From a virus (taxonomy: Duplodnaviria > Caudoviricetes), in the IMG/VR virus record IMGVR_UViG_3300010366_000023, positions 1 through 39,384 of that record: DNA of 39,384 nt. One strand, 5' to 3'. The notes under the pieces are model-generated. The model was given only the letters and a program-made list of their open reading frames with translations, was not told the DNA's origin and searched no databases. The position numbers were made by a program, and so were the translations under genes. Below, in pieces: positions 34,199-39,384 of this stretch (within the stretch, counting starts at the first letter, position 1; each line of letters begins with the position of its first letter).

Positions 34199-34431
34199 CG
34201 TTTGATCCTCCACCGTGGCGGGCGACTCACTTTCTCAACGGCCTTGGCCTTGCGTAGCTCGGTCAAGGTCGTCCGTACTTGCGTCCGGGACAGATGAACG
34301 CGAACCGTCCAACAGATCTCATCCACGGTAAGCCCGTCCGGCTCAAGGAGCAGGGCATCAAGCACGCGCGCTTGTTTGGTGGTGGTATCCACCGGCCTTG
34401 CATTATGCGACGCATCCTTACCGCGGGTCAT
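34195..34431 (-). CDS. Small winged-helix protein
   Basis: RVLDAL...DGLTVDEI...LSRTQVRTTLTEL....VEKV.RPPRWRI. Confidence 0.65.
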   Translation of the reverse strand: MTRGKDASHNARPVDTTTKQARVLDALLLEPDGLTVDEICWTVRVHLSRTQVRTTLTELRKAKAVEKVSRPPRWRIKR

Positions 34432-34443
34432 CCGGGCCCCCGT

Positions 34444-34758
34444 TTAGGCGCTTGTCCCTTTGCATGTCTGGCGGTGTTTACTTAATGCCAATGGGGTGGT
34501 GAAGGGAAGCCCGCAAACGCACACGTTGGCCGTCCGCTGATGGCGGCTGATAAGCGGAATTGCCTCTGTTTCGGGCTCCGTTTTGGCCAGACTAGGTCCA
34601 TCGGCCGGGGGTTTATCGCCGATTATCACCCGCTCGAACGGCACCCACCGCCCATCGGGTAGCCAAAGGACCCGGGCCGCAAAGTCGACGCGGGAGATTT
34701 CGGGGTGCTTGGTTTGCGCTCCGAATTGGTGAATGTGATCGGTTAAGGTTGCGCGCAT
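34444..34758 (-). CDS. Hypothetical protein with C2HC-type zinc finger
   Basis: CVCGLPFTTPLALSKHRQTC at the C-terminus. Confidence 0.65.
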   Translation of the reverse strand: MRATLTDHIHQFGAQTKHPEISRVDFAARVLWLPDGRWVPFERVIIGDKPPADGPSLAKTEPETEAIPLISRHQRTANVCVCGLPFTTPLALSKHRQTCKGTSA

Positions 34759-34763
34759 CGGAC

Positions 34764-35207
34764 CTAATGCCGGGCTCCGTTCGAGGCGGCCATCTCATCG
34801 GCGAGGGCTTGGCGGAGGAGCGTAATCCGCTCGCCACGCGGCAATTGGGCCAGCTCAGATTGAGCATGAGTCGCCGGGCGACCAATCGGAGTCCGGTCCA
34901 CATGGCCACCCAGGGCGCCGTAGACGGCGAGCTTGGTCCGGATGACTTGGAGGAGGAGGTTATGTTGTCCTGTGGCAAGCGCGATTTGCTGCAGGTTCTC
35001 CAGGTCGCAGAGGGCTAGATTGACTTCGTGGGTCCAGCCACTTTCGGACGAGAGGCGGATCGCGCCCGCCGCCTCCCCCGTCAACCGGTAGACATCGCCG
35101 GGTGTGCATCCCCACCGCTTGCACAACTCCTCCCTGCTCTTTGCTCCCCGCCACGTGCCCGTTAGCAGCATGCGGGCGATTTCGTGGCGTTGCTCGTCCT
35201 TGGTCAT
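34764..35207 (-). CDS. Putative terminase small subunit
   Basis: N-terminal HTH (ELCKRWGCTPGDVYR) followed by oligomerisation-like helices; GAGGAG RBS; upstream of terL. Confidence 0.5.
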   Translation of the reverse strand: MTKDEQRHEIARMLLTGTWRGAKSREELCKRWGCTPGDVYRLTGEAAGAIRLSSESGWTHEVNLALCDLENLQQIALATGQHNLLLQVIRTKLAVYGALGGHVDRTPIGRPATHAQSELAQLPRGERITLLRQALADEMAASNGARH

Positions 35208-35215
35208 TAGGCTCC

Positions 35216-35761
35216 TCACGTGGCGGCGAAGTCCATCGCATCGCCGTCCGAGATGGTGAGCGGGGCCGTTTCCTCCGGCGGGCCAAGGTCGGCCGAACCA
35301 ACGGGTGGAGCTTGGTCCGGGAGCCAATAGCGGGTGGTGCGGCGGCTTCCCCGGGCGACGATCCGGCCTTGCTTGACAAGCCTTTGGAGGACGTCTCCGG
35401 CCTGGCGCGGCGTGACACCGTGGCCAACATTGGCCGCAAGCACAGAGGCGCTGGTCCAGCTACCCGCTCGGATGTCCGCCATGGCCGCCTCTAGCAATTC
35501 TGCGCCGGTAAGGCTTGCCGCGGTGGTGCTCGCCTTGGCCTTCGGCGGCCGTCCGGGCTTGCGTTTCGCGGGCTTGGGTGCTGGTACGGAACCGGTTCGA
35601 ACCGGTTCCGGCGGTGGCGCTGGGATCGTGTCCGCCTTATCCGCCGTGGTCCGATACTCCACAAATCCGGGGAGGGTAGCGGGGAAGGAGTTGGCGAGCG
35701 ATTGGCGGAGTAGCTCCCGCACCTCTTCCCTTACGATCCGTTCAATGTCGATTGTCATCAT
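35216..35761 (-). CDS. Nucleoid-associated-like DNA-binding protein (AT-hook plus winged helix)
   Basis: N-terminal IERIVREEVRELL helix; KRKPGRPPK; wHTH ending LVKQGRIVARGSRRTTRY. Confidence 0.6.
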   Translation of the reverse strand: MMTIDIERIVREEVRELLRQSLANSFPATLPGFVEYRTTADKADTIPAPPPEPVRTGSVPAPKPAKRKPGRPPKAKASTTAASLTGAELLEAAMADIRAGSWTSASVLAANVGHGVTPRQAGDVLQRLVKQGRIVARGSRRTTRYWLPDQAPPVGSADLGPPEETAPLTISDGDAMDFAAT

Positions 35762-36174
35762 AGCTTTAGGTCCCCTTCGAATAGGATCTCGATGGCGCTT
35801 TCTCTTACGCGCCCTCGCCTCTGTGCATAGTTCCACGTGCAACGCTTGTCCTCATCTTTGGTCGCTAAAAAGTCCGCTATCCCATCCACCACCGGTTTCA
35901 ATGCCGCTCTAAGGCCGTCCCATTCATTGAGCGGGCGAGGGGAGATGCGGGTAATGGTGATGCGGAAAGAGCGGTGGATAAGCCACGGATCGGCGCTTCC
36001 GCATTGCCACCGGCATTGCCACGCCGTCCTGAGCCGGAGATGCTTACGCTTGGCGGCCCGGGCCAGCATCCCCGCCCTCGTCCGGCCCTGGCTTCCGTTC
36101 AATGGGTTTTTGGTGGGCATGTCGATGCGGACGGTGGGGCCGGGAGTGTAGCGCGCACGGGCATATTCGGTCAC
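35758..36174 (-). CDS. RusA-like Holliday junction resolvase
   Basis: P..N; ITITRISPRPLNEWDGL..ALK.V.DG.AD....DED..W.Y.Q pattern. Confidence 0.65.
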   Translation of the reverse strand: MTEYARARYTPGPTVRIDMPTKNPLNGSQGRTRAGMLARAAKRKHLRLRTAWQCRWQCGSADPWLIHRSFRITITRISPRPLNEWDGLRAALKPVVDGIADFLATKDEDKRCTWNYAQRRGRVRESAIEILFEGDLKL

Positions 36175-36491
36175 GGCACGTGCTCCGTTTGAAACGCATT
36201 CCAAGCCTCAATCGCCTGGACAATCCAGCGGTCGTCAGGATCGCCGGGTGGACTAAAGCCAAGGAAACAGACTCCGCTCCCGTCCTCGTAGGCCAGCTCG
36301 CTCGATTCATCAATGAAGACGCCCACGGGGCGCACCTCGTCCTCTTTGCCTTGGCCGGATAAGGTGACCGTACCCCATGCCACGACAGGATAGAAAACGG
36401 CGCTAGTCGGCTTGTCCACGGTCGGCGGCCATTCGACTAGCCGCCATCCGGGCTGTGCAGCCGTGAGACCGGGGTTAAGAGTCATGGCCAT
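36171..36491 (-). CDS. Hypothetical protein
   Basis: AGGAG RBS; AAQPGW...PVVAWG pattern. Confidence 0.65.
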   Translation of the reverse strand: MAMTLNPGLTAAQPGWRLVEWPPTVDKPTSAVFYPVVAWGTVTLSGQGKEDEVRPVGVFIDESSELAYEDGSGVCFLGFSPPGDPDDRWIVQAIEAWNAFQTEHVP

Positions 36492-36495
36492 TGGC

Positions 36496-36864
36496 TTATT
36501 TCTCCTTTAGCTCGCGCATGCGATGAGGAGGGCGAAGGGGCAAGGGTGGCGTCGCAACGGTCCGGGCTGGTGGGAGCGAGGGAAGGCCGCTCAATCGAAG
36601 CGCCATGGCCCTTTGATTTTGCGTAAGATGCTCCCAGGGACAGCGCGAAAGGTCACGACATAAGTCTTTTATGGTGTGATGGGCACCCACTAGCGGGCCA
36701 TCCCAGCGGCCCTCGGCAAACATTCGCTTGCGATGGGCGTCTAGCTTTCGGAAAGCTATGTGTAAAAGGGCAAGGTCCCGCTCATTAATCGGGTCTCCGC
36801 CCTGCGCCTGCGATATGGCTTGCAGCCACTTCCCGCCCCCGCCTCTATTGGGTGAGCCTCTCAC
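36496..36864 (-). CDS. Hypothetical protein
   Basis: GTGA-coupled ORF. Confidence 0.55.
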   Translation of the reverse strand: MRGSPNRGGGGKWLQAISQAQGGDPINERDLALLHIAFRKLDAHRKRMFAEGRWDGPLVGAHHTIKDLCRDLSRCPWEHLTQNQRAMALRLSGLPSLPPARTVATPPLPLRPPHRMRELKEK

Positions 36865-37178
36865 GACGCCCGCCTCATGGTGAAAGGTCCAAAGCCATTG
36901 GCATGGAGCAGGCGGTAATAGTCCCGGACCCGCCTGATCGATAGGCCGAGGGCGAGCGCCAAGTGCATCGGGCGCACGGATTCAAGGACACAACGGCGGG
37001 TGGCCTCCAGGCGGGCGGCATAGATGAGGCCCCCTTTATCCTTTTGACGGCCTAGTTTGGCCGTGCCGCGAATCTGGACGATGGACAGGTTATAATGCTC
37101 GGCGGCGGCCTTGACGATATCCTCCGCCTTGTCGATGTGCGAGCGTAGCGGATAGAGCCGTGGGTTAGGTCGGAACAT
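36861..37178 (-). CDS. DnaA C-terminal (domain IV)-like HTH protein, divergent copy
   Basis: IVKAAAEHYNLSIVQIRG...AAR.EA...LALALG; AGGAGG RBS. Confidence 0.55.
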   Translation of the reverse strand: MFRPNPRLYPLRSHIDKAEDIVKAAAEHYNLSIVQIRGTAKLGRQKDKGGLIYAARLEATRRCVLESVRPMHLALALGLSIRRVRDYYRLLHANGFGPFTMRRAS

Positions 37179-37449
37179 AGGCCTCCTTGGCGGGGCGGTG
37201 GTGGTGGTGATGGGCGGTAATTCCGTGAATGACGGTGGAATGGTCAACGCCGCAAAGTTTGCCAATGGCGAGATAGCTCCAATGGCCTCGGGAATAAAGC
37301 TCCGCCCAAAAGTGGTGGCGCGCATAAGCCATCGGGCGGTGACGGTCCCGGCCCATCATCTCCTCTACGGTCACCCGATAGAGGGTGGCGATGCGGGTGG
37401 CGTCCTCCAAAAGGTCCCGTGCCGCTAAGAAGGTGATGGTTTCATGCAT
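37165..37449 (-). CDS. DnaA C-terminal (domain IV)-like HTH protein
   Basis: YRVTVEEMMGRDR....AYARH...SYLAIGKL.G.DHSTVIHG; GGAGG RBS. Confidence 0.82.
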   Translation of the reverse strand: MHETITFLAARDLLEDATRIATLYRVTVEEMMGRDRHRPMAYARHHFWAELYSRGHWSYLAIGKLCGVDHSTVIHGITAHHHHHRPAKEAYVPT

Positions 37450-37750
37450 GGCGCCTCCGCTTGTAGGGGCCGAGGTGCTTGGGGTCCTCACGGCGGTTCC
37501 GGTAATGCTCCTCGGTGAAGGGCCACCCGGGGTCAATGTTTAAGTCCGTCTCGGGATTGATGTAGGGCCGTTCTGGTAATTCGCCAAACGCCCGCTCTAA
37601 TGACTCCAAGACTTTGGCGGTGAGCTTGTCCATGGCGACATAGGAATAAAGCGTCCCATATTTCTCCCATTGGCGACGGATGCACTCCACCCGCCATTGC
37701 CTTTTGGTTTGACCCGCCCGTGGCCATCGCCAATCATCCGGGCCCCTCAT
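37442..37750 (-). CDS. Hypothetical protein
   Basis: 102-aa ORF in the operon. Confidence 0.55.
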   Translation of the reverse strand: MRGPDDWRWPRAGQTKRQWRVECIRRQWEKYGTLYSYVAMDKLTAKVLESLERAFGELPERPYINPETDLNIDPGWPFTEEHYRNRREDPKHLGPYKRRRHA

Positions 37751-37876
37751 TGAAGCCCCCCCAAGGTTCGATCCTTGTGTAATGTGCAGGTGAATCGAAT
37801 TCGGTAATCCATGATCTCCTCACGCCGCATAGCCACTACGACATGCCGTCGCATGTTTGGTCCAAGCTCGGCCAAT

Positions 37877-38086
37877 TCAGACGCAATAGTAACAAGGCTT
37901 TGCGGAGAACGGATGGCCGCCTAATTTGAAGTCTATCTTATCTGTTTCGCCCCTATGGTAGATGACGCCTGGCGCCCCGTGGCGAGCCGCTACCATGGCC
38001 AACCTCCCCGCGATCGGATTCCGACTAAAGACGCGTCTCCGAGCATCCTCGTGCCAGCAATGGCCATTCTCACGGCACACCACCAC
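37877..38086 (-). CDS. Small Cys/His hypothetical protein
   Basis: C..NGHCW...CYYC; overlaps the rep stop. Confidence 0.45.
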   Translation of the reverse strand: MVVCRENGHCWHEDARRRVFSRNPIAGRLAMVAARHGAPGVIYHRGETDKIDFKLGGHPFSAKPCYYCV

Positions 38087-38951
38087 CCTCCCCGGCCATC
38101 TTCCCCGCCAACCGGGCCACCAAGGCCGCCGCCCGGGTAGCCTGCTCGTTGGTCGAGATTGGCGATATTAGCCGCTCCGGTTCGCGCTTGACTTTGACCA
38201 CCGGCTTTTGGCTTTTGGCGTGCTGCAAATAGCCAATGAGCTTAGCTTGGAGCTTGTCAATGGGCATGCCCTCGGGGGTCTTTGCGGCACACTCGGCAAT
38301 GGCCACCGAGGCCGCTTGGATTGATTGCCCATTCTCCGCCATCCACTCGGCATGTCGATTGGCAATGGCACCCGCATCGAGCCGGTCAAAAACCTTTTCC
38401 TCTCGGATTGAAATCTTCAAAAAAGCCGCCGCCGCCGCCGCTTTTTCAGGGTCGCGCGTGAGCGCGTCTGATCTGCTGCTGCTGCTGCTGCTGATTTGAT
38501 CTGATCTGATCTGATCTGATCGGTCGACATGGTCGACGGGTGTCGATGGCTGTCCACTCGTGTCGACGGGTGTCGACGTGTCGACGGGTGTCGATTGCTG
38601 TCGACGCTTGTCCCGGACCCAGTCCGCTTGGTATCTTTTCCGGTCGTCCTCCCGGTGAATGTCCCTATACTTCTCGAACGATACGACGCGATAATTGAAA
38701 CCCTCCTCGTGCACAAGCCGCCTCCCCTCCTCGGCCCGGTTGCGGCTCATCGGGTCCGGTTGACACAGCTTGTCGACAGCTGTCGACACGTCGACAACTG
38801 TCGACCCAATGAGAGTCGCGAGGAGGACGGGGTTTAGGTCGACCGTCCCGTTTCTGCAGTGAGCGATAACGTATCCCCACACTGCAAATACGTCGGCCCC
38901 CGCTCCGATCATGGAACCGGTATACATTGACTCAAATGCACGTCCGTACAT
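38070..38951 (-). CDS. Phage replication initiator / replisome organiser
   Basis: N-terminal wHTH-like domain (F.SMY.GSM...PDP.SR...EGRRL...Y.VV...KYR), repetitive linker holding iterons, helical C-domain. Confidence 0.75.
   Translation of the reverse strand: MYGRAFESMYTGSMIGAGADVFAVWGYVIAHCRNGTVDLNPVLLATLIGSTVVDVSTAVDKLCQPDPMSRNRAEEGRRLVHEEGFNYRVVSFEKYRDIHREDDRKRYQADWVRDKRRQQSTPVDTSTPVDTSGQPSTPVDHVDRSDQIRSDQISSSSSSRSDALTRDPEKAAAAAAFLKISIREEKVFDRLDAGAIANRHAEWMAENGQSIQAASVAIAECAAKTPEGMPIDKLQAKLIGYLQHAKSQKPVVKVKREPERLISPISTNEQATRAAALVARLAGKMAGEGGGVP
38461..38843. repeat. Putative replication origin inside rep: GTCGAC iteron clusters, (TGATC)5 and CTG runs
   Basis: GTCGAC at 38523, 38532, 38562, 38572, 38580, 38600 and at 38772, 38782, 38790, 38800, 38838; GATC at 38498, 38503, 38508, 38513, 38518. 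Confidence 0.75.
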
Positions 38952-38994
38952 TCGCGCCGCCTTGCCGATGACCGGCGATAGATTGTCGATACTC

Positions 38995-39303
38995 TTAAGC
39001 GATATTGTCTTTGCGAGCCGCCGCCTCTTTAGCGTCTCGCTCTTCCTTAAGCCGATTCACTTTGGCCTTAAACGCCATGAGCCGAAACCGTTTCAAGTCC
39101 GGCGGGGATAATCGCCAATGGCTAAGCCGGCCTTTGCCATTATCCAAAGCCGACACCTTGCGCCGTCCCACCTCGTTACCGGTGGCCAAAAGGAACGTGA
39201 GCCAAGCGCCGTTGCCATAGTAGACCCGGACCCGGGTCTCCCCCTCTAGTTCGGCGTCTTCACACTCCCGGGTCCCGCCACCCCAATGGATGATGGTTAC
39301 CAT
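38995..39303 (-). CDS. Hypothetical protein
   Basis: GGAGG RBS; overlaps the stop of the junction ORF. Confidence 0.65.
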   Translation of the reverse strand: MVTIIHWGGGTRECEDAELEGETRVRVYYGNGAWLTFLLATGNEVGRRKVSALDNGKGRLSHWRLSPPDLKRFRLMAFKAKVNRLKEERDAKEAAARKDNIA

Positions 39304-39384
39304 GCGCGCCTCCGCCGCATGCGGGCCCGTGCCTTACCGAGGCATCGGCTGCAAAGCGAGTAAAATCCCCACCCGTTCGTGCTC
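39297..39384 (-). CDS. C-terminal half of the junction-spanning zinc-finger protein
   Basis: Continues ...RSTNGWGFYSLCSRCLGKARARMRRRRAW*. Confidence 0.7.
   Translation of the reverse strand, partial: STNGWGFYSLCSRCLGKARARMRRRRAW

Larger units (their letters stand above)
1..39384. mobile_element. Temperate podovirus-like bacteriophage genome, apparently complete and circular (excised/virion form)
   Basis: Integrase, cI/cro, replication initiator, terminase, portal, scaffold, capsid, nozzle and ejection genes are all present. No host housekeeping genes. An ORF continues in frame across the end-start junction, and the attP-like site has phage genes on both sides. Confidence 0.9.

Noticed and set aside
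1-39384. Diversity-generating retroelement, retron or DNA-modification cluster
   Set aside because: No reverse transcriptase, template/variable repeat pair, methyltransferase or base-modification enzyme motif was recognised.

Overview
The window looks like one complete, circularly closed genome of a temperate podovirus-type phage (GC-rich; host possibly Myxococcota, by inference only). The two window ends join in frame into a single zinc-finger ORF, and an intact attP-like site (3' part of a tRNA-Leu(CAG)) lies just downstream of a tyrosine integrase. Layout: a lambda-like switch (cro-like / cI-like, with an identical 17-bp operator on each side of cI); a rightward early operon (membrane metallopeptidase, DEDDh exonuclease, RecE-like nuclease, SSB/annealing-like gene); a long leftward arm (xis, int, attP, then across the junction a replication initiator with internal iterons, two DnaA-domain-IV-like proteins, RusA-like resolvase, TerS-like, TerL); and a leftward podoviral morphogenesis operon (portal, scaffold, major capsid, adaptor, nozzle, three ejection proteins, GTA-like head-spike base and lectin-like fibre). 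A roughly 7-kb accessory block separates TerL from portal. The most interesting candidates are a 75-aa protein ending in free Gly-Gly coupled to a Cys-motif partner (possible minimal ubiquitin-like conjugation pair), a small membrane protein whose N-terminus copies the major capsid N-terminus, three deviant tRNA-like elements, and mini-gene cassettes sharing a 15-23-bp promoter/operator repeat. No endolysin or conventional tail fibre was recognised. All calls come from motif reading and gene order; no database search was run.
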